Sequence record: OM386658.1
Strand: one strand, 5' to 3'
Length of the DNA: 64,000 bases
DNA from: Escherichia phage vB_EcoM_ESCO32
A model generated the notes under the pieces. It saw nothing but the letters and a program-made list of their open reading frames with translations. It did not search any database and was not told the DNA's origin. Shown here piece by piece: positions 27,853 to 36,465 of the stretch (positions are counted from its first letter, which is position 1; every line of letters begins with the position of its first letter). A program made the translations under genes and the position numbers.

Positions 27853-28071
27853 TTACTCATACATTTGATAAGATACATAACGATTGCAATCAAGTGCGAG
27901 AAACTTTTCAGCATCTCTTTGATGCTTGAACACAATACACTGTTCTTTTTTAGCTGCACTTTCACGAGCTTCTCTTGCCATATACTCACCTAAACGAATG
28001 ATACTAGAGAATAACACGTATGCAAGAATAAGACAAATAGTGATTGCACAGAAAGTTTTAAACTTAACCAT
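27853..28071 (-). CDS. membrane protein, paralogue of 23135..23359
   Basis: Track ORF 27853..28101 trimmed to ATG after GGAGG; KEQCIVFKHQRDAEKFL shared with paralogue. Confidence 0.5.
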   Translation of the reverse strand: MVKFKTFCAITICLILAYVLFSSIIRLGEYMAREARESAAKKEQCIVFKHQRDAEKFLALDCNRYVSYQMYE

Positions 28072-28432
28072 TGTATTCCTCCATATCACGAATACGATCA
28101 ATCACCCATTGTACACGTTCTTTATTAAGGTGTGCAATGCCTAACTCTGTTTCCGTAAAGTAATGTGAGAAATCTGTATTAAATGGGTGTAAATGGTTCA
28201 AACCCGCTTTCTTAAACTGTTCCTTCATTTCCTCTCGTACAGAGGACTGGAGGTTTGCTACATTCTCAACATCTTTTATCCAAGCAATATTGTACAAGAA
28301 GTCTACAAGACACGTGCAAAGACCATAATGCTTTTTGCTAAAGTTTGTATCTTCTTGTTCTAACCACCACTCATAAAATTGTAGCAAATAGGGGCTGCTT
28401 TTCATGTTACACACTTTATTATTTTCTTGCAT
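28064..28432 (-). CDS. paralogue family member
   Basis: Track ORF; AAGGAG SD; LLQFYEWW...GLCTCL...HPFN...HLNKERVQWVIDRI. Confidence 0.6.
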   Translation of the reverse strand: MQENNKVCNMKSSPYLLQFYEWWLEQEDTNFSKKHYGLCTCLVDFLYNIAWIKDVENVANLQSSVREEMKEQFKKAGLNHLHPFNTDFSHYFTETELGIAHLNKERVQWVIDRIRDMEEYNG

Positions 28433-28441
28433 GGCTTCTCC

Positions 28442-28741
28442 TTAATGCCAATCTACGATCACTGAATCTACAAAACCCTCTTTGGTGTTTAAAGCATACA
28501 CCTTACTAAGCCCACGCTCTCGTAGTGCTTCCATAGCAAGATCAATCAAATCAACTTGGCGTTTCCTTGCTTGTTCATTTGTCGGATAGTCATCCAAACC
28601 GAAAACAGATGGTTTAAATGCTTTGGAGTATTTACCAGTTTTAGCCTGATCATAACAGTCCTGAATAACTTCATCAATAGGAAACCATAAACCTTCCCCG
28701 CTTTGCTTTGCAATACAGCGCAGTTTTTCTGTAACAGTCAT
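28442..28741 (-). CDS. hypothetical protein
   Basis: Track ORF; AAAGGAGAGG SD. Confidence 0.55.
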   Translation of the reverse strand: MTVTEKLRCIAKQSGEGLWFPIDEVIQDCYDQAKTGKYSKAFKPSVFGLDDYPTNEQARKRQVDLIDLAMEALRERGLSKVYALNTKEGFVDSVIVDWH

Positions 28742-28950
28742 TCTTCCTCTCCTTTCAATTTATACTCAAAGATACCATTCTTAATGTTATCTGTCAAATA
28801 AAGGTTATCTTCTATCTCTTCTTTTGTATACACATAAGCCTCCTTTTCCACGTCTGTCAGACCTTGCATCGGAGCTAGTAGCCACCAGCCCCGCCAGTCA
28901 AACATAGGAGACTTATCAGATACACGAAGAATGTATCTGGCATTACACAT
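28738..28950 (-). CDS. hypothetical protein
   Basis: Track ORF; start uncertain. Confidence 0.45.
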   Translation of the reverse strand: MCNARYILRVSDKSPMFDWRGWWLLAPMQGLTDVEKEAYVYTKEEIEDNLYLTDNIKNGIFEYKLKGEEE

Positions 28951-28953
28951 ATA

Positions 28954-29406
28954 TTATACGATGTTCACACTAATATCTGCAACACCAACAAGAGAATAGA
29001 CTTCAACTACACTCTGTGTACGATCCAGCTTGTAACGTTTCGCCTCTTTTTCAACTTCCTCACGGGAGATGGTTTCCATGATCGGAACTCCATCCACTAC
29101 AAGCAGGTATTTCTCTTCGTGTTTACTTTTTGGTGCTTCCTCTAAGACTTCTACAAAATACTCAAACTCACTTTTTGCAAGCAACGTGTAACACTGAAGA
29201 AAGTCTCCTTCATTTTGAGCGATAATTTCTTGTTCTCCTGCTAAGGATTGCAAAGCAGTGACACCATACCAATCATCCACATCTAATACACGAAAATAGG
29301 AATCACCTAAAAAAGAAGCAATCCTGCTATTACACTCAGACATGTTAGCAAACTTACGGATATAAGATGGGTTTTTAAAACGATACACTTTACCAATTTC
29401 AAACAT
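28954..29406 (-). CDS. hypothetical protein
   Basis: Track ORF; AAGGA SD. Confidence 0.55.
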   Translation of the reverse strand: MFEIGKVYRFKNPSYIRKFANMSECNSRIASFLGDSYFRVLDVDDWYGVTALQSLAGEQEIIAQNEGDFLQCYTLLAKSEFEYFVEVLEEAPKSKHEEKYLLVVDGVPIMETISREEVEKEAKRYKLDRTQSVVEVYSLVGVADISVNIV

Positions 29407-29417
29407 TACACAAATCC

Positions 29418-29594
29418 TTATTGTTCAAGAGTAAAAGGAATGATTTCACTATAGCTGTATTGCATGGCATTCACTTCTGCTTCTGCACGTTGTGCTAGTT
29501 CTAATGTTGCACAGATCTTGTAAGGTACAGTGCTGCATTGGCTCCAGCCTGGGGTATTCTTTGTTACTAAGTACACAGTAGTTTGTTTATCCAT
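29418..29594 (-). CDS. small protein, 58 aa
   Basis: ORF below threshold; GAGAGGAAAAG SD; fills gap. Confidence 0.35.
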   Translation of the reverse strand: MDKQTTVYLVTKNTPGWSQCSTVPYKICATLELAQRAEAEVNAMQYSYSEIIPFTLEQ

Positions 29595-29609
29595 CTTCTT
29601 TTCCTCTCT

Positions 29610-29825
29610 TTAAACAGTATATTCGTGTGGAAGGAAAACATAATCTTCTCCTTCAACAACATCAACTACTTCCCACTTCCAGCCAGGTACTTGGCTCATT
29701 GTCTTGAATGACACATAAGCAACTCCGCTGTAAGCGATATCGGCATCTAATATAAGAGGGAAAGCAACGTGTGTCAACCCCAGATAACCACAATTATTTT
29801 CAATACACACCTGAATGCTTTTCAT
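29610..29825 (-). CDS. hypothetical protein
   Basis: Track ORF 29610..29870 trimmed to ATG overlapping upstream stop. Confidence 0.45.
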   Translation of the reverse strand: MKSIQVCIENNCGYLGLTHVAFPLILDADIAYSGVAYVSFKTMSQVPGWKWEVVDVVEGEDYVFLPHEYTV

Positions 29826-29826
29826 G

Positions 29827-30285
29827 TTATGCTCCATTAAAGACGGGGCGTGTAGCATTACGTTCATCATTCACTGTAATAAGGTTTTTCATAACCATAA
29901 CACCCTGAATATAGCCTAGCCAACGATGGCGTTTGGTTTCAGACATACCATTACTCCCATCCTGAATTTCACTCAACATCCACAGTAAGTGGGGAACACC
30001 TGTTTCACTGGTATCTGGATCTTCTACAGAACTAAGAATCGTTTCATAGCGTTCACAAATTTCTGGGTAGAATTCATAATCCTGTTGTACATCTCGCATT
30101 TCTCGAATGAAGTGACGAGCAATAGGCTTCCCACGAAAATATTCATTGATGAAATCAATAACACACATCTCGCTGCCTGTCACCACGGAAGGCGTTCCTA
30201 TGTTAAATTGAACACTCACACCGCATTCTTTTACAAGATTATGTACACGCTCCGTGTTAGCAAGATACAAAGATACAGTTTTCAT
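29827..30285 (-). CDS. hypothetical protein
   Basis: Track ORF; GAGAGGTG SD. Confidence 0.55.
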   Translation of the reverse strand: MKTVSLYLANTERVHNLVKECGVSVQFNIGTPSVVTGSEMCVIDFINEYFRGKPIARHFIREMRDVQQDYEFYPEICERYETILSSVEDPDTSETGVPHLLWMLSEIQDGSNGMSETKRHRWLGYIQGVMVMKNLITVNDERNATRPVFNGA

Positions 30286-30355
30286 TTACACCTCTCATTA
30301 GTAGTTTGTTATGCGCGATATTGCATATTTTATGGAACACAGTGTACAGGCATTT

Positions 30356-30724
30356 CTATTCAATGCAAGCATTATTTGCATCTTCGATTCTGTCTTTCAC
30401 CCATTGAAGACGTAACGTGTTGGTATGACACGCCAAGTCTATACACTCTGAAAGGTAATCCATGCAATCTGCATTGAACGGAAGATTGTAGTCCAGTCCT
30501 GCACATGTAAATTGTTTCCTCATTTCGTATTTCAAACTATCCAACAAACGATCACGCCATCTTTTATCTTCTTCTCTAGTTACCTCACCAACAAAATCAT
30601 CTACATAATCTACCAGACAACCACATAAGCCACTCGTTGTGCGATTCATTGCAGGATGGTTGGCAATCCATGCTTTATAGAATCGTATTAAAGCTGCACT
30701 ACTCAACGGAATATTACTTTTCAT
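30356..30724 (-). CDS. paralogue family member
   Basis: Track ORF; LIRFYKAW...GLCGCL...LPFN...HTNTLRLQWVKDRI. Confidence 0.6.
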   Translation of the reverse strand: MKSNIPLSSAALIRFYKAWIANHPAMNRTTSGLCGCLVDYVDDFVGEVTREEDKRWRDRLLDSLKYEMRKQFTCAGLDYNLPFNADCMDYLSECIDLACHTNTLRLQWVKDRIEDANNACIE

Positions 30725-31091
30725 TATTACCCCCTAACACCAAACATGAATCGGCAATACGATCTTTCACCCACTGCAATCTCCCTGGGTTAGTATGGCA
30801 AGAATGTTTCTTACCTTCATCTTCATAACACAGAAGGTCATCATTAAAGGGCAGGAAGGAGGATAGCCCAGCACACGTGAATTGCAATTTCATCTCTTCT
30901 AGCGTTTTACTACGAACCATCTTGAAATGTTCTATATCTTCTTGCGTAGGTTTTTTCTTTGACATAGTGGTTGCCAGATAATCCATAAGGCAAATACACA
31001 AACCAACATTCTCACGATGCATTGAGGAATGATCTTCCATCCATGCTTTGTAAAATTCTAACAGCAGTGGACTGCTAAGAGGAACACACAT
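30714..31091 (-). CDS. paralogue family member
   Basis: Track ORF 30714..31148 trimmed to ATG after AAGGAG (matches paralogue N-termini); LLEFYKAW...GLCICL...LPFN...HTNPGRLQWVKDRI. Confidence 0.55.
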   Translation of the reverse strand: MCVPLSSPLLLEFYKAWMEDHSSMHRENVGLCICLMDYLATTMSKKKPTQEDIEHFKMVRSKTLEEMKLQFTCAGLSSFLPFNDDLLCYEDEGKKHSCHTNPGRLQWVKDRIADSCLVLGGNNEK

Positions 31092-31461
31092 ATCAGACTC
31101 CTTTATAAATTTACGTTTCATGCCACACATCATACAGCATCTTTTCATCTATTACAAGAACAGCAACATAGAAACATCATTAATGGAGGGCTTAGTATAG
31201 GAATTAGTATAGGTATTCCCTATCAATTATTCTATATATACCTATTATTTTTAACACACCCCTTTGTACATAATATAGACAAATAAATATCTATGCCACA
31301 AAAATTTTCCGGTATACCCGATTTATTTCGACACACCCTTTTTCATAAGCGTAAAGTCAATAATATCAATAACTTGCCGCAAAATACTGCTCGCTTGCGA
31401 GAGGTGCTTAACGCGATTTTCAGCGCCCCCCGATTTCTGCCGACCGTCCCCCTCAAATATC

Positions 31462-31480
31462 AATGAGAATAATTATCATT
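31462..31480. promoter_or_regulatory. Fur-box-like palindrome
   Basis: AATGAGAATAATTATCATT, followed by TTGCAT; approx. Confidence 0.4.
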
Positions 31481-31658
31481 TGCATTATCATTCAATGACT
31501 TATAAGACTTTTGATTATTTTCTGAGCAAGAAAGGTACTACTCACAACAAAACAGATAAATTCTAAGTAAATCAATGGCTTGGCAAGTCTAAACATCTAT
31601 ATACACCTTGCCAAATGAAATGATCTGGCGTGAAATAGTGCCACCCGTGGAAGATAAC

Positions 31659-31675
31659 TGATAATGATTATCATT
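31659..31675. promoter_or_regulatory. Fur-box-like palindrome (best copy)
   Basis: ctGATAATGATTATCATTtgc matches 16 of 19 positions of Fur consensus GATAATGATAATCATTATC; preceded by GATAAC hexamer. Confidence 0.45.
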
Positions 31676-32542
31676 TGCATACTTTCTGTACTATAAAACC
31701 GACTAAAAATCAAGATAATTCTGATTTATTGCGCTTTTAAGAAAGTAGGCTCAACAAATAGGGGAATACATTGCAACAAATGAGGTATGTTATAGGGGCA
31801 ATAGTATGAAAAATCATCTATTCAGATAAAATAATTTTGCGCAATAGTGGCAATATTTTTCTTGACAAGAAAGATTTCTTTGTGTTCACATAGCGCCCCC
31901 TGGAGGGTGGCGCATTATGATCATCAGTGTCATTATTCATTTCAGTGTTATTATTCACCATGTTTATTATATGCAGCTTATATTATAGCCAATGTTCTAA
32001 ACATTAGCTAATAATAACGCACCGCAACAATGTAAGGGAATACAATATACTCGTATATTGTTGCGCTTGCAATTGTTGCAAGCTACATAAGCACAAATAA
32101 TAACTATCGGTGATGGTTATTATGTGGGGTGTGTAGTTGCGTTATTATTAGCCGCCTATGTGTCCGGCATAGGCTGCTAATGATACGCTTGCGAATTATA
32201 TTTCTTGTTATAGTTATTGTATGAAATGATTACTACATGAAATGGTTATTTAGGTAATAGATAGGGAGGTAAAGATTAGATCATAAATAGATAGGATATT
32301 AATTATTTAGCAATGTTACTAACAATTTAATAGTTACTTTGTGCAACAATTCGATAGATTATAGTTATAGTTTTAAGGGTTAGATAGATTATAGTTAGCT
32401 TAGTAATGATTTACATTGATTATTGTTGTTTAATATAAGGTTATCAATAAGATAGTAACAGTATGTTATAAATAAAAGTAAGATAATTAGCTTTAATTTA
32501 GTTAGATAACTTATTATTTTATAAGTTAGATGGTCTTAAGTT

Positions 32543-32561
32543 AAGAATGATTATCATTATT
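32543..32561. promoter_or_regulatory. Fur-box-like palindrome
   Basis: AAGAATGATTATCATTATT. Confidence 0.4.
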
Positions 32562-32597
32562 GCATTATGCAGTTTATTGCATAAATAATCAGCTATA

Positions 32598-32618
32598 AAT
32601 GAAAATGATTATCACTTA
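32598..32618. promoter_or_regulatory. Fur-box-like palindrome
   Basis: AAATGAAAATGATTATCACTT; the segment AATGATTATCACTTA recurs at about 44268. Confidence 0.4.
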
Positions 32619-32821
32619 AGAGGAAAGACAAGAAAAAGGCTGTTTTTGCCAGATAGTTACATTGAGAAATTAAAAATAAGCGGTCTAAAACACGTTGTAA
32701 GCGCCTTATGATCTTCATGGTATGGTTGTTCATCTGCTCCTTGATTAGCTCGATACCGCGATCTATTCACTTTTTTCGGTGAACGTTTTTGATAGGTAAA
32801 AGCTATCATCTTTATTTAGGT

Positions 32822-32850
32822 AAAAAGAAAGGGCGCTTTGTGCGCCCTGG
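32822..32850 (-). terminator. rho-independent terminator (minus strand)
   Basis: GGGCGC-TTTGT-GCGCCC hairpin with T-run on minus strand after gene 32864..33247; same hairpin family at 34304 and 38518. Confidence 0.6.
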
Positions 32851-32863
32851 TGTGAAATGTTAT

Positions 32864-33247
32864 TTACTTATAAGCCGGATCGTTTGTTATATCAATCCAA
32901 TGAGCTAAATTAATTTTATTTTTTGCTTTCATTTTCTCGATCAAACGTTCGGCTAATGTCTCGGAACGAATATAAACATGCTCGCTAAAATCTTGCCCGG
33001 TTTCTTCGTCGATCATCTCGCGATATTCAATTTTCCCGATAAACGCATGATTCAGCGCATAAGTTTTACCCGTGTACCAGTTATGTAAATGGATCTCGCA
33101 TTTATAATCATCGCTATACCCTTCGGTTGTTCTAACTTCAACCAGATCGCCTTTAAACACTGATAAGCACCACATAGGATCACGATCTACAGCGCCGTTA
33201 AAATCTTTACCGTTTACAGTAGCCGCCAGGTTGATGATATTGCTCAT
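32864..33247 (-). CDS. hypothetical protein
   Basis: Track ORF; GAGGA SD. Confidence 0.6.
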   Translation of the reverse strand: MSNIINLAATVNGKDFNGAVDRDPMWCLSVFKGDLVEVRTTEGYSDDYKCEIHLHNWYTGKTYALNHAFIGKIEYREMIDEETGQDFSEHVYIRSETLAERLIEKMKAKNKINLAHWIDITNDPAYK

Positions 33248-33322
33248 GGTGATTCCTCGTTTACCGTTTAAAATTGCTTGCCCTACACGATAACTATAAG
33301 TTAACAGAGGCTATAAAGCAAG

Positions 33323-33553
33323 TTATTTTTCAAAAAATTTTTCTGCTGTGATATTCTTCCCAGTGGGGTTAGCTACTTTCAAAATTTTATCATGTACTGG
33401 ACGCCCGAAAGAATAAGATCCGTATACAGTAAACCAATAATCGCCGTCAGGCTGTACTATTACCGCCGCATAGGGTACGCCTTTTTCGTTATTGCTGACA
33501 AAATAGATCACATTGCCGTTAATAGCCTCAGCGCGTTTAATTTGTTCGATCAT
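33323..33553 (-). CDS. hypothetical protein
   Basis: Track ORF; preceded by PeSL-like cassette. Confidence 0.55.
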   Translation of the reverse strand: MIEQIKRAEAINGNVIYFVSNNEKGVPYAAVIVQPDGDYWFTVYGSYSFGRPVHDKILKVANPTGKNITAEKFFEK

Positions 33554-33571
33554 GATATGATTCCTATATTG

Positions 33572-33632
33572 GGCGGGAAACCATTTCCCGCCTTACGTGA
33601 TACATCTTAGTATAAGGGCGATCCGGTGTCAA
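33572..33632 (-). promoter_or_regulatory. PeSL-like cassette (early promoter + 5' stem-loop)
   Basis: Minus strand TTGACA - 17 nt - TAAGAT, then perfect 9-bp hairpin GGCGGGAAA-cca-TTTCCCGCC, then SD and ATG. Confidence 0.55.
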
Positions 33633-33645
33633 TAGATAAAGTTAA

Positions 33646-33882
33646 TTATTTTGCATAATCAATAACAGCGCATATTTTATCATTTACATCTTGTAAATCA
33701 AAGGCATAGGCGATCTTGCCTTGTAATTTTCCACGGGTGAAACAGATACGATAAACGCCGTTTTTACTGTCATCTTCTGATTTTAGTATTTTTGCAACTG
33801 TTGCAATTAACAGATCATCAGAGTAAGCGATAAAACCGCCACGTAAAATAGGTGATTTTTTGAGGATCATGACTTCTTTCAT
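33646..33882 (-). CDS. hypothetical protein
   Basis: Track ORF 33646..33930 trimmed to ATG after AGGAAAAG. Confidence 0.5.
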   Translation of the reverse strand: MKEVMILKKSPILRGGFIAYSDDLLIATVAKILKSEDDSKNGVYRICFTRGKLQGKIAYAFDLQDVNDKICAVIDYAK

Positions 33883-34303
33883 TTTCTTTTCCTGTTTTCG
33901 TTTTGGGTATGTTCTACCCTCTAAAAACAATATTAAACTGTTGTGATTTATCGGTCAATAGATGAGATTGTAAAGATTTGATAGTTTATTCCTTTGATGT
34001 TTTGTTATTTAATAGATATTAGCTATCAATATATAGCGGGATCTTCCGGTGATTATCTTCCCCTGTCCCCAGGTGCCGCCCGTTCCATAATAATAATCAA
34101 AAGCAGGATAAAAGGCAAGATAAAAGGCAAATTATTCCCTATGTGCTTTAAACGCTCTAAACAGCTTTCTAACAGCTTTTTCATCCTGGCAAGGTGATTA
34201 GTCATTGTTACCTTGTTTAAGCGGTTATAATCGGTTTTAGGCTGTTTTACGCCACCTTTTACGTTTATTCTTTACGTGTTACTTCCATCGTGAAAAAAGA
34301 ATA

Positions 34304-34335
34304 CAAAAAAGGGCGCTTAGTGCGCCCCTTTCTTT
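34304..34335 (-). terminator. rho-independent terminator
   Basis: GGGCGC-TTAGT-GCGCCC hairpin flanked by A and T runs. Confidence 0.6.
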
Positions 34336-34344
34336 TACCGTGTA

Positions 34345-34734
34345 TTAATATTCGTTATAATACATCGCTAACTTTTCATCAAAAGCCGATTGACGATCTG
34401 CATACTCCCAAAACATTTCTTGATCCTGTTGTTCGTCATCATCCATCATGTTGAATTGCGCAACCTCCTGGTAAGTGATCGCCATATTATAACGATAGGT
34501 GATCTCTTCTGCGATGTTTTCCGGTAAAGATGATTCTACACTGTCTAACAGCATATTTAACATCATTTCAGCCGCTTTTTCATCATTATCAAAGCAGTAA
34601 GCAGACCATGCCGCATGATGTTTATTTTTCATCTTTGCAATCAAGCCGTTGACTAAAAAAGGCGCTACGTTGTTAACGATACCCTGTAAAGATTGGAATT
34701 TTTCAACGTTAGAAACAGAAACCAGGTTGCGCAT
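34345..34734 (-). CDS. hypothetical acidic protein
   Basis: Track ORF 34345..34770 trimmed to ATG (longer form would run through the hairpin). Confidence 0.5.
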   Translation of the reverse strand: MRNLVSVSNVEKFQSLQGIVNNVAPFLVNGLIAKMKNKHHAAWSAYCFDNDEKAAEMMLNMLLDSVESSLPENIAEEITYRYNMAITYQEVAQFNMMDDDEQQDQEMFWEYADRQSAFDEKLAMYYNEY

Positions 34735-34757
34735 AGTATTTACCTTTTTGATTACCT

Positions 34758-34816
34758 GGCGGGAAACCATTTCCCGCCTACGTGGTAAATAATACCATAT
34801 TGGGGATCGGTGTCAA
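34758..34816 (-). promoter_or_regulatory. PeSL-like cassette
   Basis: TTGACA - 16 nt - TATTAT then GGCGGGAAA-cca-TTTCCCGCC hairpin. Confidence 0.55.
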
Positions 34817-34822
34817 TACTTT

Positions 34823-35209
34823 TTATTCAATATAAATCAAATTATCTTCACCAATGTAAGCATGCACCGATGGCATTAATTTAGCTGCATTTGTTAGGCG
34901 GTTGGCGGTGTTAGTAGTGTATATTTCAGGGCGATCCCAAAAGCCTACGCCGTGACCGTTACGGGTGAAATGTAAGTCATTCCCGATCTGGTTTGCTGTT
35001 GCGCCGTCGCTCATTGCCTCAGAGATAGCAGCATCATTGGCATCACAATAAGCCGCTACGTCATGAATGATCCGCTGATGGGCTTGATCTGAAAAATCAT
35101 AATCGTCTAAGTTATCAATAAAATAGCCTTCATGATCCCTGGCGGATTCAGCAAAAATAAAGGCTTCTTTATAACCGTTGATGATTTCAATAATGATTTC
35201 AGTTTTCAT
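34823..35209 (-). CDS. hypothetical protein
   Basis: Track ORF. Confidence 0.55.
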   Translation of the reverse strand: MKTEIIIEIINGYKEAFIFAESARDHEGYFIDNLDDYDFSDQAHQRIIHDVAAYCDANDAAISEAMSDGATANQIGNDLHFTRNGHGVGFWDRPEIYTTNTANRLTNAAKLMPSVHAYIGEDNLIYIE

Positions 35210-35421
35210 GCTGTACGCTCGACAATAATAATGGTTTGCGGTATCTCGTTTTCTACTACTAACAAGGCTTTTTTCTGTGTGATAGATATTTTAACACGTT
35301 GTAAAGTAGCGGTAAAATCTTTCATTTCATTATGCGCGGATTTAGTGCAATGCCATATTTCAGGTTTACCAATTTGCAAGCCGCGTAAAAATTCTGTTTT
35401 ACCTGTCTTATTCGTGATCAT
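35206..35421 (-). CDS. hypothetical protein
   Basis: Track ORF 35206..35439 trimmed to ATG after AAGGTG. Confidence 0.5.
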   Translation of the reverse strand: MITNKTGKTEFLRGLQIGKPEIWHCTKSAHNEMKDFTATLQRVKISITQKKALLVVENEIPQTIIIVERTA

Positions 35422-35431
35422 TTGATTCACC

Positions 35432-35536
35432 TTATCCAATACCGTGGGAAGATAGGATCATGTTAGCCATAGTTGCAACCAATCCAACCGATAACACCAG
35501 GCCAACTACTACAACCGTGAAAATTTTCTCTAACAT
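35432..35536 (-). CDS. small hydrophobic peptide, 34 aa
   Basis: MLEKIFTVVVVGLVLSVGLVATMANMILSSHGIG; GAGGGTAG SD; sits behind a PeSL-like cassette. Confidence 0.35.
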   Translation of the reverse strand: MLEKIFTVVVVGLVLSVGLVATMANMILSSHGIG

Positions 35537-35554
35537 GATTCTACCCTCATTAAT

Positions 35555-35616
35555 GGGCGTTGCCTTATTGCCCCGCCCTATGTCGTACACTTTACCAGAT
35601 AACTGAATATTGTCAA
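35555..35616 (-). promoter_or_regulatory. PeSL-like cassette (variant hairpin)
   Basis: TTGACA - 16 nt - TAAAGT then GGGCG...CGCCC hairpin; approx. Confidence 0.45.
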
Positions 35617-35617
35617 A

Positions 35618-35812
35618 CTATTTTTTACAAGGGATCAGTAAACTTCTTGCTACCGCTTCACGTAAACCTTTACTTTTTATTAAATCTATTGTTGCAGGGT
35701 GGCAAGTAAAAGCCTTTGACCATTTTTGATCACCTGGTTTACGGGCGAAAATGTAAACTTCTCCGTCGATTTCATCCCAACGAGTATTGCTTGTTAGTTT
35801 TTTAAGCGCCAT
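35618..35812 (-). CDS. hypothetical protein
   Basis: Track ORF 35618..35842 trimmed to ATG downstream of hairpin. Confidence 0.5.
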   Translation of the reverse strand: MALKKLTSNTRWDEIDGEVYIFARKPGDQKWSKAFTCHPATIDLIKSKGLREAVARSLLIPCKK

Positions 35813-35835
35813 GCTGATTTCTCTTTTAGTTATGA

Positions 35836-35891
35836 GCGGCACTATTGCCGCCCTACGAAATACATTCTACCCGATTTATAATTGTTGTCAA
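35836..35891 (-). promoter_or_regulatory. PeSL-like cassette
   Basis: TTGACA - 16 nt - TAGAAT then GCGGCA-ctat-TGCCGC hairpin. Confidence 0.5.
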
Positions 35892-35892
35892 A

Positions 35893-36162
35893 CTATTTTT
35901 TCAAGCTCGACCAGTCAAAACACGGGGCGATCTCGTTAAAACTTGTGCCCTGTAAAGCACATAATTTTTTAGCAATAGCCGCCGTGACCTGGCGCTGTAC
36001 GCGCGGATCTGCTACTGATTGGAGAAAGTAGGCGGCTTTATATGTGATCATGCTTTCGCCTGTTTCCTTGTTAACGTGGTGCACGGTTTTAGCCTTATCA
36101 TCTTTTACCAGGGTGTAACCGGATTCGATGGCCTTGATTGCAACGTCCAATGATATTTTCAT
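35893..36162 (-). CDS. hypothetical protein
   Basis: Track ORF. Confidence 0.55.
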   Translation of the reverse strand: MKISLDVAIKAIESGYTLVKDDKAKTVHHVNKETGESMITYKAAYFLQSVADPRVQRQVTAAIAKKLCALQGTSFNEIAPCFDWSSLKK

Positions 36163-36181
36163 GATTTATCTCTTTATTGAT

Positions 36182-36203
36182 GGCGGGGAATACTCCCCCC
36201 GCC
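36182..36203 (-). promoter_or_regulatory. leader stem-loop (PeSL-type hairpin without adjacent -35/-10)
   Basis: GGCGGGGAA-tact-CCCCCCGCC, about 20 nt upstream of gene 35893..36162 start. Confidence 0.4.
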
Positions 36204-36210
36204 TTATTAA

Positions 36211-36381
36211 TTACTCTTCATCGTCGCCGTTGTAGTATTCAATGCCGTTTTCATCGGTTACGGTAATATTAACGCCACCGATAGCAACACGATCACGGGC
36301 AAACGTCATGGCTTCATTTAAATCTTCAGACCAAAAAATATTGTGACCTTTGCGCGATACATAAAACATAGTCGGGATCAT
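36211..36381 (-). CDS. small protein, 56 aa
   Basis: ORF below threshold; AGAAGAGAAAC SD; behind a PeSL-like cassette. Confidence 0.4.
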   Translation of the reverse strand: MIPTMFYVSRKGHNIFWSEDLNEAMTFARDRVAIGGVNITVTDENGIEYYNGDDEE

Positions 36382-36404
36382 GATTTGTTTCTCTTCTGTT
36401 GTGA

Positions 36405-36464
36405 GCGGGAAACCACTTCCCGCCCTATGTGATAAACTTTACTACGTTGTTTTTCTGCTGTCAA
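36405..36464 (-). promoter_or_regulatory. PeSL-like cassette
   Basis: TTGACA - 17 nt - TAAAGT then GCGGGAA-accac-TTCCCGC hairpin. Confidence 0.5.
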
Positions 36465-36465
36465 A

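Larger units (their letters stand above)
31092..32863. other. ORF-free AT-rich non-coding island (about 1.8 kb)
   Basis: No ORF of 60 aa or more on either strand in the track between 31148 and 32864; dense short repeats, palindromes and GC-rich hairpins. Confidence 0.7.

Noticed and set aside
31659-31675. Reading the palindromes as DnaA boxes
   Set aside because: DnaA consensus TTATCCACA is not matched (the C-C-A-C core is missing); sites fit Fur-type GATAAT hexamer arrays better.
31092-32863. Possible tRNA gene cluster in the non-coding island (T4 carries tRNAs near e/nrdC)
   Set aside because: No convincing T-arm (GGTTCRANYCC-like) or D-arm motifs, or cloverleaf-compatible acceptor stems, found by eye on either strand; not formally scanned, so remains unverified rather than excluded.
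33994-34197. Plus-strand ORF (67 aa) in the 33.9-34.3 kb gap
   Set aside because: No SD, low-complexity translation, opposite to local transcription direction; region more likely regulatory (promoter TTGACC-17-TAATAT on minus strand) or holds a sub-threshold minus-strand ORF.
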